From Candidatus Saccharimonadota bacterium (GTDB taxonomy: Bacteria > Bacteroidota > Bacteroidia > Flavobacteriales > Blattabacteriaceae), in NCBI RefSeq assembly GCF_014252315.1, contig NZ_CP059216.1, positions 418,038-450,037 of the forward strand: a stretch of DNA of 32,000 nt, read 5' to 3'. Made by a program: the position numbers and the translations under genes. Shown here piece after piece: positions 1-8,768 of this stretch. The notes under the pieces are model-generated. The model saw only the letters and a list, made by a program, of their open reading frames with translations, did not search any database and was not told the origin of the DNA. Each line of letters opens with the position of its first letter. Positions within the stretch are counted from its first letter, which is position 1.

Positions 1-75
1 AATTATTTTTTCTTAATTTTCTTAATTCAAACAAAAAATTTTTTATATTTTTTTTCATTTTTAAATTTAAATTTT

Positions 76-630
76 ATGGTAAATAACCAAAATAAAAAAA
101 TAGATAAATATTTTATTCCATTATTAAATAAAAAAAATAATAAAATTATAGGATTCGATAAAAAAGAAAATATTCACAAAAAAGGATTATTACATAGTGC
201 TGTCTCTGTATTTATATTTAATAAAAAAAATAATTTAATGTTACAAAAAAGATCATCTAAAAAGTATCATTCATCTCTTCTTTGGACTAATACATCTTGT
301 AGTCATCCAAATAAACATGAATCTATTTTAAATGCAGCACATCGTTGTTTAAAGAATGAAATGGGATTTGATTGTAAATTACAATATAAATTTTGTTTTA
401 CATATTGTGAAATATTTAATAATGGATTAATTGAAAATGAATTAGATCATGTTTTTATTGGATATTATGAAAAAAATCCAATTATAAATCATGAAGAAGT
501 TGAAAGTTGGAAATGGATAAATTTAAATAAATTATTAAATAATATTAATGTTTTTTCTAAATCATATACTGTATGGTTAAAAATAATACTTAATAAGTAT
601 ATAAAAAAATTAACAAATAATATTTTATGA
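76..630 (+). CDS. idi: isopentenyl-diphosphate delta-isomerase, type 1 (Nudix fold)
   Basis: 184-aa ORF. The translation shows type-1 IDI signatures: WTNTSCSHP (catalytic Cys region), the Nudix-like segment E..LNAAHRCLKNEMGF, and ENELDHVF (catalytic Glu region). Its stop overlaps the next gene's start (ATGA at 627-630). Confidence 0.85.
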   Translation: MVNNQNKKIDKYFIPLLNKKNNKIIGFDKKENIHKKGLLHSAVSVFIFNKKNNLMLQKRSSKKYHSSLLWTNTSCSHPNKHESILNAAHRCLKNEMGFDCKLQYKFCFTYCEIFNNGLIENELDHVFIGYYEKNPIINHEEVESWKWINLNKLLNNINVFSKSYTVWLKIILNKYIKKLTNNIL

Positions 631-1037
631 AAATAACTATTAATAGAAAAGGTTATTTCAGTGCAGCACACAAACTTTATAATAATTATTGGACAAAACA
701 AAAAAATATAGAAATATTTGGAAAATGTGCATATCCAAATTATCATGGACATAATTATGAATATATAGTAAGTGTAAAAGGATTAATAAATCCAGAAACT
801 GGATTAGTTTTCAATTTATATGATTTGAAAAAAATTATGAAAAAAGAAATAGAAGAATTTTTTGATCATAAAAATATTAACATAGATATAAAAGAATTTT
901 CATCAATCAACCCTACATTAGAAAATATTATAATATTTATATGGAATAAAATTAGAAAATCAATACCAAAATATTTTGAATTGAAAATAACTTTATATGA
1001 AACAATAAATAATTTTGTTGAATATGATGGAAAATAA
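627..1037 (+). CDS. 6-pyruvoyl-tetrahydropterin synthase / QueD family protein (COG0720), with PTPS-type Cx5HGH motif
   Basis: 136-aa ORF of typical family size. It has FSAAHKL near the N-terminus and CAYPNYHGHNYEY, a zinc/catalytic motif with five residues between Cys and HGH. It is translationally coupled to idi through a 4-bp ATGA overlap. Confidence 0.8.
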   Translation: MKITINRKGYFSAAHKLYNNYWTKQKNIEIFGKCAYPNYHGHNYEYIVSVKGLINPETGLVFNLYDLKKIMKKEIEEFFDHKNINIDIKEFSSINPTLENIIIFIWNKIRKSIPKYFELKITLYETINNFVEYDGK

Positions 1038-1052
1038 TACAAAAAAAGAAAT

Positions 1053-2144
1053 ATGAACATAAAAAGAACAACATTATATAAAAATCATGTTGATCTTAAC
1101 GCAAAGATGATTAATTATTCTGGTTTTTATATGCCACTTCAATATAGTTCATCAATAAAAGAACATATCTATGTAAGAAATTATTCAGGAATTTTTGATG
1201 TTAGTCATATGGGGAAATTTATAATACAAGGATCAAATGCAAATAATGTAATACAATATTTAACAACTAATGATATTTTTAAATTAAAAATAGGAGAAGC
1301 TCAATATAATTGTATGATAAATGATAATGGAGGAATTATAGATGATTTAGTAATTTTTAGATTGAAAACAAATAAATTATTACTTATAGTTAATGCTGTA
1401 AATATTGAAAAAAATAAAAATTGGATAAAAAAATATATAAAAAAAAATGGAACAGAATTAATTGATATTTCACAAGAATATTCTTTATTATCTATACAAG
1501 GACCATTATCATTATATAATATTAAAAAATTAACATCTATTCAATTAGAAAAAATTCCTTTCTATAAATTTGAAATTGGTGAATTATGTGGAATAAAAAA
1601 CGTTATTATATCTAATACAGGATATACGGGATCTATAGGATTTGAAATATTTGTTCATAATAAATATGTTGATATTATATGGAATGAAATATTAAATATT
1701 GGGAAAGAAAAAATTGTTCCATGTGGATTATCTAGTAGAGATTCTTTAAGATTAGAAATGGGATATCGTTTGTATGGTAATGATATTTCAGAAAAAACTA
1801 CACCTATAGAATCTGGATTATCATGGATAGTAAAATTTAAAAAACAATTTATTTCAAAAAAAATATTAATAAAACAAAAAGAAATAGGAACGTATAAAAG
1901 ATTATCATCTTTTTATTTAGAAAAAAATATAAATATTATTCCTAGAAAAGGAAATATATTAGTAGATGATAATAATAAAATTGGATATGTAACTTCTGGT
2001 AATTATTCTCCTATTTTAAAACAATGTATAGGATTATGTTATTTAACAAAAGAAAATAAAAATAATAAAATTTATTTAATAACAAGAAACAAAAAAATTC
2101 CTATTTTTAAAAAAAAGCTACCATTTATTATAATAAATAAATAA
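1053..2144 (+). CDS. gcvT: glycine cleavage system T protein (aminomethyltransferase)
   Basis: 363-aa ORF. The N-terminus TLYKNHVDLNAKMINYSGFYMPLQY...GIFDVSHMGKF matches the conserved GcvT N-terminal pattern, and both length and domain order are typical. Confidence 0.9.
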   Translation: MNIKRTTLYKNHVDLNAKMINYSGFYMPLQYSSSIKEHIYVRNYSGIFDVSHMGKFIIQGSNANNVIQYLTTNDIFKLKIGEAQYNCMINDNGGIIDDLVIFRLKTNKLLLIVNAVNIEKNKNWIKKYIKKNGTELIDISQEYSLLSIQGPLSLYNIKKLTSIQLEKIPFYKFEIGELCGIKNVIISNTGYTGSIGFEIFVHNKYVDIIWNEILNIGKEKIVPCGLSSRDSLRLEMGYRLYGNDISEKTTPIESGLSWIVKFKKQFISKKILIKQKEIGTYKRLSSFYLEKNINIIPRKGNILVDDNNKIGYVTSGNYSPILKQCIGLCYLTKENKNNKIYLITRNKKIPIFKKKLPFIIINK

Positions 2145-2171
2145 TTAATATATATTGAAATTAATTAAAAT

Positions 2172-3542
2172 ATAAAAAAAACAATTATTAAAGTATATTT
2201 AAAACATTTTAAAATTAATTTTCTATTATCTTTTCCCGTTATATTTGCTCAGTTAGGAAATATATGTGTAGGATTATTTGATAATATTATGGTAAGTGTT
2301 ATTGGAAGAAAAGCTATTGCATCAGTTTCACTTGCTAATGCTGTTTTTTTTATATCAGTAATTTTTGGATTAGGAATATCAGCATCTATTCCTTCATTAA
2401 TAGCATCAATAGATATTAAAAAAAAGTATAAAGAAGGATCTATGATCCTTTTTCATAGTTTAATATTGGGATTAATATTATCTATTATTGTATATATATT
2501 AATTCATGAATTTCTTTTTGTTATTCCATATTTGGGGCAACCAAAAGAAATTTTAAATGAAACAATTGAATTTTTAAAAATTTTATCTATATCTTTTTTT
2601 CCATGGATAATTTTTGAATTATTAAGAAAATTTTCAGAAGGATTATCTTTAGTTTATCCAAGTCTTATTATAACATGGATATCAGCAATTATAAATATAA
2701 TATTTAATTATTTATTTATTAGTGGAGATTATGGGTTTCCTAAATTAGGTGTTGTTGGTGTTGCATATTCAACTTTAATAGCAAGATTTTCTATGTTATT
2801 TGGTATGATAATAATACTTTTTATGTATAGAAAAATACGTAAATATTTACTTTATATAAAATATTTTACATTTAATAAAAAATATATTAATGAAATATTA
2901 AAAATAGGTATTCCTTCTGGATTACAAATGTTATTTGAAATGGGTGCTTTTGCTGTTTCTTCTTTTATATCTGGTAAATATGGAGTTAAAGTTTTAGCTG
3001 CACATCAAATAGTAATAAATTTAGTTTCATCTACTTTTTTATTAAGCACAGGATTTTCAGTAGCAGCAACAATAAGAATAAGTAGTCAATTTTCTTTAAA
3101 AAAATATTCTAAATTAAAAGAAATAGGTACATCTATAATTTTCATGGGATCTATATTTATGTTATTATTTAGTTTTTTATTTTTTTATTTTAAAAATTAT
3201 ATACCCTATATATATATAAAAAAAAATGATTATGAAATAGCTCCTATTATAACAGAAATGATTGTAATTGCTAGTATTTTTCAAATTTCTGATGGAATAC
3301 AAGGAATTATATTAGGAATATTAAGAGGAATGCGAGATGTAAAAATTCCTATGTTTATTAGTTTTTTTTCTTATTGGATTATTGCATTACCAATATCTTG
3401 GTATTTATCATTAAAAATTGGAGGTAATGGAGTATGGATAGGATTAGGATTAGGATTAACTATATCTGCTATATTATTATTTATAAGATATGAAATTATG
3501 ATTGAAAAACTTATCAAAAAAAATAAAAAATATAAAAAATAA
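2172..3542 (+). CDS. MATE family multidrug/toxic-compound efflux transporter (5' end uncertain, no canonical start codon)
   Basis: The 417-aa ORF from ATG 2289 is polytopic and hydrophobic with MATE-like repeats. The same frame stays open back to the stop at 2166-2168 and encodes NIKKTIIKVYLKHFKINFLLSFPVIFAQLGNICVGLFDNIM, the typical MATE TM1 motif (P..[IL]aQLg....g..D..mvG). No ATG/GTG/TTG lies in frame between 2169 and 2288. Candidate starts are ATA 2172, ATT 2184 and ATT 2187. Confidence 0.8.
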   Translation: MKKTIIKVYLKHFKINFLLSFPVIFAQLGNICVGLFDNIMVSVIGRKAIASVSLANAVFFISVIFGLGISASIPSLIASIDIKKKYKEGSMILFHSLILGLILSIIVYILIHEFLFVIPYLGQPKEILNETIEFLKILSISFFPWIIFELLRKFSEGLSLVYPSLIITWISAIINIIFNYLFISGDYGFPKLGVVGVAYSTLIARFSMLFGMIIILFMYRKIRKYLLYIKYFTFNKKYINEILKIGIPSGLQMLFEMGAFAVSSFISGKYGVKVLAAHQIVINLVSSTFLLSTGFSVAATIRISSQFSLKKYSKLKEIGTSIIFMGSIFMLLFSFLFFYFKNYIPYIYIKKNDYEIAPIITEMIVIASIFQISDGIQGIILGILRGMRDVKIPMFISFFSYWIIALPISWYLSLKIGGNGVWIGLGLGLTISAILLFIRYEIMIEKLIKKNKKYKK

Positions 3543-3643
3543 TAGTTCTAAATATGTTTAAAAAAAAATTATATTATTTTATTATATTTTATAAATAACT
3601 ATCACTATAATTTTTTATTAGTTTAAAAAACTATATTTATTTT

Positions 3644-4741
3644 ATGTCAGGAAATATTTTTGGAAATATATTTAAAGTTTCCACTTTTGGAGAAAGTCAT
3701 GGAAAAGCTTTAGGAGGAATAATAGATGGATGTCCTGCTGGAATTGAAATTAATTTAGAAAAAATTCAATATGAACTTAATAGAAGAAGACCAGGTCAAT
3801 CATATATTGTTTCTCCAAGAAATGAATTAGATAAAGTAATTTTTTTATCTGGAATTTTTAATGGAACAACAACAGGAACTTCTATTGGATTTATAATTTA
3901 TAATAAAGATTATAACCCAAATGATTACAAACATATAAAAGATGTATATAGACCTTCACATTCAGATTTTACCTATGATAAAAAATATGGATTAAGAGAT
4001 TATAGAGGAGGAGGACGTTCTTCTGCAAGAGAAACTGTATGTAGAGTTATAGCAGGATCTATAGCTAAACAAATAATAAAAAATGTAAATATAACAGCAT
4101 ATGTTTCTAGTATAGGAAATATTATTTTAAATAAACCTTATCAAGAATTAAATCTATCTGAAGAATCTATAGAAAAAAGTATAGTTAGATGTCCTGATCC
4201 TAATACTTCTAAAAAAATGATTTCAAAAATTAAAGAAATTAAAAATAAAGGAGATACAATTGGAGGAATTATTACTTGTGTAATTAAAAATCTTCCAATA
4301 GGAATTGGAGAACCAATTTTTGATAAACTTCATGCAGAATTAGGAAAAGCTATGTTATCTATTAATGCTGTTAAAGGATTTGAATATGGTAGTGGTTTTA
4401 ATGGAACTAAATTAACTGGATCTAAACATAATGATTTATTCTACAAAAATGGAAAAACTAAAACTAATTTTTCTGGAGGAATACAAGGAGGAATATCAAA
4501 TGGAATGGATATTTATTTTAGAGTAGCTTTTAAACCAGTTGCAACTATAATGCAAATACAAAAAACTATAAATAAGCATGGAAATATTGTTGATATAAAA
4601 GGAAAAGGTAGACATGATCCATGTGTATTACCTAGAGCAATTCCTATAGTTGAATCAATGGCTGCTTTAGTTTTAGTTGATTATTGGATGTATTCTAAAT
4701 TATCAAAATATTCTTTAATAAAAAAAAATATTGAAAAATAA
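3644..4741 (+). CDS. aroC: chorismate synthase
   Basis: 365-aa ORF. The N-terminus [27 protein letters not shown], the RPGQS and [10 protein letters not shown] motifs, and GRHDPCV near the C-terminus are all characteristic of AroC. Confidence 0.95.
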   Translation: MSGNIFGNIFKVSTFGESHGKALGGIIDGCPAGIEINLEKIQYELNRRRPGQSYIVSPRNELDKVIFLSGIFNGTTTGTSIGFIIYNKDYNPNDYKHIKDVYRPSHSDFTYDKKYGLRDYRGGGRSSARETVCRVIAGSIAKQIIKNVNITAYVSSIGNIILNKPYQELNLSEESIEKSIVRCPDPNTSKKMISKIKEIKNKGDTIGGIITCVIKNLPIGIGEPIFDKLHAELGKAMLSINAVKGFEYGSGFNGTKLTGSKHNDLFYKNGKTKTNFSGGIQGGISNGMDIYFRVAFKPVATIMQIQKTINKHGNIVDIKGKGRHDPCVLPRAIPIVESMAALVLVDYWMYSKLSKYSLIKKNIEK

Positions 4742-5642
4742 ATTCATAATTACTATTATAGGTCCTACTGGAGTAGGAAAAACTAAAATATCATTATTTA
4801 TAGCTAAAAAATTAAACACTGAAATTATATCTAGTGATTCTAGACAATTTTATAGAGAACTAAAAATTGGATCATCAATGCCAAATATTAATGATCTTTC
4901 TTATATTAAACATCATTTTATTGGACATTTAAGTATTTTTCAAAACTATAATGCTAAATTATTCGAAATAGATTCATTAAATAAAATAACAAAATTATTT
5001 AATAAATATTCTACAATAATTATGGTAGGAGGATCAGGATTATATGAAAAAGCTGTTACAGAAGGATTATCATTTATACCAGATATTAATTTAAATATAA
5101 AAAAACAATTAATTTCTAGTTTTAAAAAAAATGGAATTAAATTTTTGCAAAAAGAATTTAAATTATTAAATATAAATGAAAAAATAGATATAAATAATCC
5201 AGTTAGATTAATTAGATATTTAGAAATTATTAAATCTACAGGTCATTGTCCTTCTTTTTTTTTTAAAAAGAAAAAATTATATAGAAATTTTAATATAATA
5301 AAAATTGGATTGATATTATCAAAAAAAGAAATTTATTTTAATATAAAAAATAGAATAAATAATATGGTTAATAATGGACTTATAGAAGAAGCAATAAAAT
5401 TGTTTCCTTACAGAAATTTAAGAAGTTTGCAAACTATAGGTTATAAAGAAATATTTAATTTTATAAAAGAAAAAAAAAATATTTATTCTGAAATAAAAAA
5501 TATTACAAATTTAATAGAAATTAATACTAGAAAATATATAAAAAAACAAATAACTTGGTATAGAAAAGATAAAAAAATTAAATGGTTTAATCCAAAAGAA
5601 AAATATAATATTATTGATTTTATAAATCAAAAACTTCAATAA
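4731..5642 (+). CDS. miaA: tRNA dimethylallyltransferase
   Basis: 303-aa ORF with the P-loop [11 protein letters not shown] followed by [15 protein letters not shown], as expected for MiaA. The start codon is TTG at 4731, overlapping the aroC 3' end by 11 nt. Confidence 0.9.
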   Translation: MKNKFIITIIGPTGVGKTKISLFIAKKLNTEIISSDSRQFYRELKIGSSMPNINDLSYIKHHFIGHLSIFQNYNAKLFEIDSLNKITKLFNKYSTIIMVGGSGLYEKAVTEGLSFIPDINLNIKKQLISSFKKNGIKFLQKEFKLLNINEKIDINNPVRLIRYLEIIKSTGHCPSFFFKKKKLYRNFNIIKIGLILSKKEIYFNIKNRINNMVNNGLIEEAIKLFPYRNLRSLQTIGYKEIFNFIKEKKNIYSEIKNITNLIEINTRKYIKKQITWYRKDKKIKWFNPKEKYNIIDFINQKLQ

Positions 5643-5651
5643 TATAAAGTA

Positions 5652-5727
5652 TGGGCAATACTGGATTTGAACCAGTGACCCCCTGCGTGTAAAACAGATG
5701 CTCTAAACCAAACTGAGCTAATTGCCC
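5652..5727 (-). tRNA. tRNA-Val (anticodon TAC)
   Basis: The reverse complement folds as a cloverleaf: acceptor GGGCAAT/ATTGCCC, D arm GCTC-AGTTTGGTTTA-GAGC, anticodon loop TT-TAC-AC, T arm ACTGG-TTCAAAT-CCAGT. It is a GC-rich island in AT-rich DNA. Confidence 0.9.
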
Positions 5728-5761
5728 TATTATTTATATATATCCAAATGTAAGAAAAAAA

Positions 5762-7030
5762 TTATAATAATAGAAAAATTTCTGATACAACAAATGTACT
5801 ACCAGAAACTAAAATTAAATCATTAGAATTTGAATTTTCTTTAGCACAAAAAAAAGCTAATTTTACAGAATCATAAAAATTTATTTTTTTTTTATCTGTA
5901 TTAAAAAATATTTTATTAACAATAATTTTTAAATTTTTAATATCATATTTTCTTTTTATATTAGGTTGACAAAAATAATAATAAGATTCATTTGGTAACC
6001 ATTTTAATAATGAACTAATTTTTTTTTCTTTTACGAATCCTAGTACTAAATGTAATCTATCATAAGATTCTTTTTTTAGTTGAGAACTAATCATGAAAAA
6101 TCCTTCTTCATTATGTGCAATATCACAAATAATTTTTGGATTTTTTTTTATAACATGCCACCTTCCTTTAAAATTTGTGTTTTTTATTATATTTTTTAAT
6201 CCTTTTTTTATAGATTTTTCTGATACAATTATATATTTTCTCTTATTCAAAATATTTATAATACTCAAAACTAATCCTGTATTATAAACTTGATAGTTTA
6301 TACTTTTAAATGGAATTTTGTATTTATTTAAGATATTATTATTTTTTTTTTTTGTAGAAAAATATATTGGAGAATTTTTTCTTAAAGCTTTTTTTAAAAA
6401 AAATTTTTTTAAATTATTAGAAATATTACCTATTATTACTGATAAATTTTTTTTTATTATTCCAGATTTTTCATTTGCTATTTCTAATTTTGTATTTCCA
6501 AGAGATTTTGTATGATCTATACTAATATTTGTAATTACAGATATTTCTGGATTTATGACATTAGTAGAATCTAATCTACCCCCCATTCCAACTTCAACAA
6601 CAGCTATATATACTTTTTTTTCTTTAAAATATTGAAAAGCCATAGCTGTATTCATCTCAAAAAATGAAATAGATTCTTTTTCAATAAATTTTTTATTTTT
6701 TTTAATAAAATCAACAATAAAATTTTTTTCTATATAAAATCCGTTACAAGATATTCTTTCTCTAAAATCTATTATATGAGGAGAAGTAAATGATCCTACA
6801 TTATATCCCTCTTCTTGTAAAATAGAATATAACATATTTACTGTAGAACCTTTTCCATTTGTTCCTCCAACATGAATAATTCTAAAAAAATTTTGGGGAT
6901 CACCTAAATAATTACAAAATTTTTTTATTCTATTTAAACCTGGTTTAAAATATTTTAACCCAAATTCTTGATAACTTGGAATACGATTAAAAATCCATTT
7001 AACAGTTTTCAAATAATTCAAATTCCACAA
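5762..7030 (-). CDS. folC: bifunctional folylpolyglutamate synthase / dihydrofolate synthase (Mur ligase family)
   Basis: 422-aa ORF with the Mur-ligase P-loop HVGGTNGKGST and an FTSPH motif; the N-terminus resembles flavobacterial FolC. The start is TTG at 7030, with a second in-frame TTG at 7021 giving MNYLKTVKW. Confidence 0.9.
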   Translation of the reverse strand: MWNLNYLKTVKWIFNRIPSYQEFGLKYFKPGLNRIKKFCNYLGDPQNFFRIIHVGGTNGKGSTVNMLYSILQEEGYNVGSFTSPHIIDFRERISCNGFYIEKNFIVDFIKKNKKFIEKESISFFEMNTAMAFQYFKEKKVYIAVVEVGMGGRLDSTNVINPEISVITNISIDHTKSLGNTKLEIANEKSGIIKKNLSVIIGNISNNLKKFFLKKALRKNSPIYFSTKKKNNNILNKYKIPFKSINYQVYNTGLVLSIINILNKRKYIIVSEKSIKKGLKNIIKNTNFKGRWHVIKKNPKIICDIAHNEEGFFMISSQLKKESYDRLHLVLGFVKEKKISSLLKWLPNESYYYFCQPNIKRKYDIKNLKIIVNKIFFNTDKKKINFYDSVKLAFFCAKENSNSNDLILVSGSTFVVSEIFLLL

Positions 7031-7110
7031 TAATAAAAATTAATTATCACAAAAATATATTTTTTTCAAACAAAAATTTTAAATTGTTTTAAAATAAAAA
7101 ATATTAAAAT

Positions 7111-8763
7111 ATCATAAAATCATATTCTCATTTTATTGAAAAAATTATAGAAAATGATATAAATAATGGTCTTTCTAAAAAAAAAATCAAATTTCGTTTT
7201 CCTCCTGAACCAAATGGTTATTTACACATTGGACATGTAAAAGCTATATGCTTAAACTTTGATTTAGGAAAAAAATATAATTCTCCTGTTAATCTAAGAT
7301 TTGACGATACAAATCCAAATAAAGAAAACCAAAAATTTATAAAATGTATAAAAAGAGATATTACATTTCTAGGATTTAAATGGGATAAAGAAAGTTATGC
7401 TTCAGATTATTTCTATAATCTATACAATCTAGCTATAAAACTAATAAAAAAAAATAAAGCTTATATAGATGATCAACCTAAAAATATAATACAATTTCAA
7501 AGAAAAAATTACTTTGAAATAGGAATTAATAGTACAAATAGAAATAGATCTGTAGAAGAAAATTTATATCTTTTTAAAAAGATGAAAAACGGATTTTTTA
7601 AAGAAGGTTTTTGTGTATTAAGAGCAAAAATTGATATGAAATCATCTAACATAAATATGAGAGATCCAATAATGTATAGAATCATAAAAAAAAGTCATCA
7701 TAGAACTAAAAAAGAATGGTGTATATATCCAACTTATGATTGGACTCATGGACAATGTGATTATTTTGAACAAATATCCCATTCTCTATGTTCATTAGAA
7801 TTTGAAAATAAACGTCCATTATACAATTGGTTTTTAAACGAAATATTTGATAATAATTTAAAAAATAAAATAAAACCAAAACAAATAGAATTTTCTAGAT
7901 TAAATTTAAGTTATACTTTAACAAGTAAAAGAAAAATACAATATTTAATAGATAAAAATATTATTAATTCATGGAATGATCCAAGAATACCAACAATATC
8001 AGGATTAAAAAAAAAAGGATATACTTCTGCATCATTAAAAAATTTTATTAAAAAAGTAGGAATAACAAAAAGAGATAATGTTATTGATTTATCTCTTTTA
8101 GAATTTCAAATTAAAGAACACTTAAATAAAATTGCTTTTAGAATTATGGTAATAATAAATCCAATAAAAATAATTATAAAAAACTATCCTAATAACACTA
8201 TTGAATGGTTAAAAGCAGAAAATAATCCAGAAAATATTAACTATGGTTATAGAAAAATTCCTTTTTGTAAAGAACTTTATATCGAAAAAAATGATTTTTT
8301 AGAAGAAAAAAAAGATAATTTTTTTCGTCTTTATATTGGAAACGAAGTAAGATTAAAAAATGCATATATAATAAAAGCAAATTCTATAAAAAAAGATAAT
8401 AATGGAAAAATAAAAGAAATATATTGTACTTATGATCCTAAAAGCAAATCTGGAACAAGTAAAAAAAAAGTAAAAAGCACCATACATTGGGTGCCTATTA
8501 AATATAACATACCTATAAATATAATCTTATATCATTCATTATTTAATGATAAAAATCCTAATATAATAAAAGATTTACATAAATATGTTAACTATAAATC
8601 AAAGGAAAAAATAATTGGATATGCAGAAATTTATATAAAAGAAGCAATAAAATCAAAAAAACATTTTCAATTTCAAAGAATAGGATATTTTTATTTATAT
8701 AAAATAAAAAATGAAATAATAAATTTTATAAAGACTGTATCTATAAAAAACAAATGGAAATAA
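7111..8763 (+). CDS. glnS: glutaminyl-tRNA synthetase (5' end uncertain, no canonical start codon)
   Basis: The ORF track starts at ATG 7582 (393 aa). My own translation shows the same frame open from 7108. It encodes SHFIEKIIENDINNGLSKKKIKFRFPPEPNGYLHIGHVKAICLNFDLGKKYNSPVNLRFDDTNP, which is the GlnRS N-terminus with the class-I HIGH motif. No ATG/GTG/TTG occurs in frame between 7108 and 7581; the candidates are ATC 7111, ATA 7114 and ATT 7135. The full length of about 550 aa is typical of GlnRS. Confidence 0.85.
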   Translation: MIKSYSHFIEKIIENDINNGLSKKKIKFRFPPEPNGYLHIGHVKAICLNFDLGKKYNSPVNLRFDDTNPNKENQKFIKCIKRDITFLGFKWDKESYASDYFYNLYNLAIKLIKKNKAYIDDQPKNIIQFQRKNYFEIGINSTNRNRSVEENLYLFKKMKNGFFKEGFCVLRAKIDMKSSNINMRDPIMYRIIKKSHHRTKKEWCIYPTYDWTHGQCDYFEQISHSLCSLEFENKRPLYNWFLNEIFDNNLKNKIKPKQIEFSRLNLSYTLTSKRKIQYLIDKNIINSWNDPRIPTISGLKKKGYTSASLKNFIKKVGITKRDNVIDLSLLEFQIKEHLNKIAFRIMVIINPIKIIIKNYPNNTIEWLKAENNPENINYGYRKIPFCKELYIEKNDFLEEKKDNFFRLYIGNEVRLKNAYIIKANSIKKDNNGKIKEIYCTYDPKSKSGTSKKKVKSTIHWVPIKYNIPINIILYHSLFNDKNPNIIKDLHKYVNYKSKEKIIGYAEIYIKEAIKSKKHFQFQRIGYFYLYKIKNEIINFIKTVSIKNKWK

Positions 8764-8768
8764 TATTT

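Noticed and set aside
11-28. Tandem 9-mer TCTTAATT(T/C) x2 at the left edge, upstream of idi.
   Set aside because: It has only two copies, is very AT-rich, lies at the window boundary without context, and is easily explained by chance or slippage.
7582-8763. glnS as an N-terminally truncated gene or pseudogene (the ORF track shows only 393 aa).
   Set aside because: The same frame is stop-free and clearly GlnRS-like for a further 158 codons upstream, including PPEPNGYLHIGH. The short ORF arises because the ORF caller requires ATG/GTG/TTG. It is reported instead as a start-codon anomaly.
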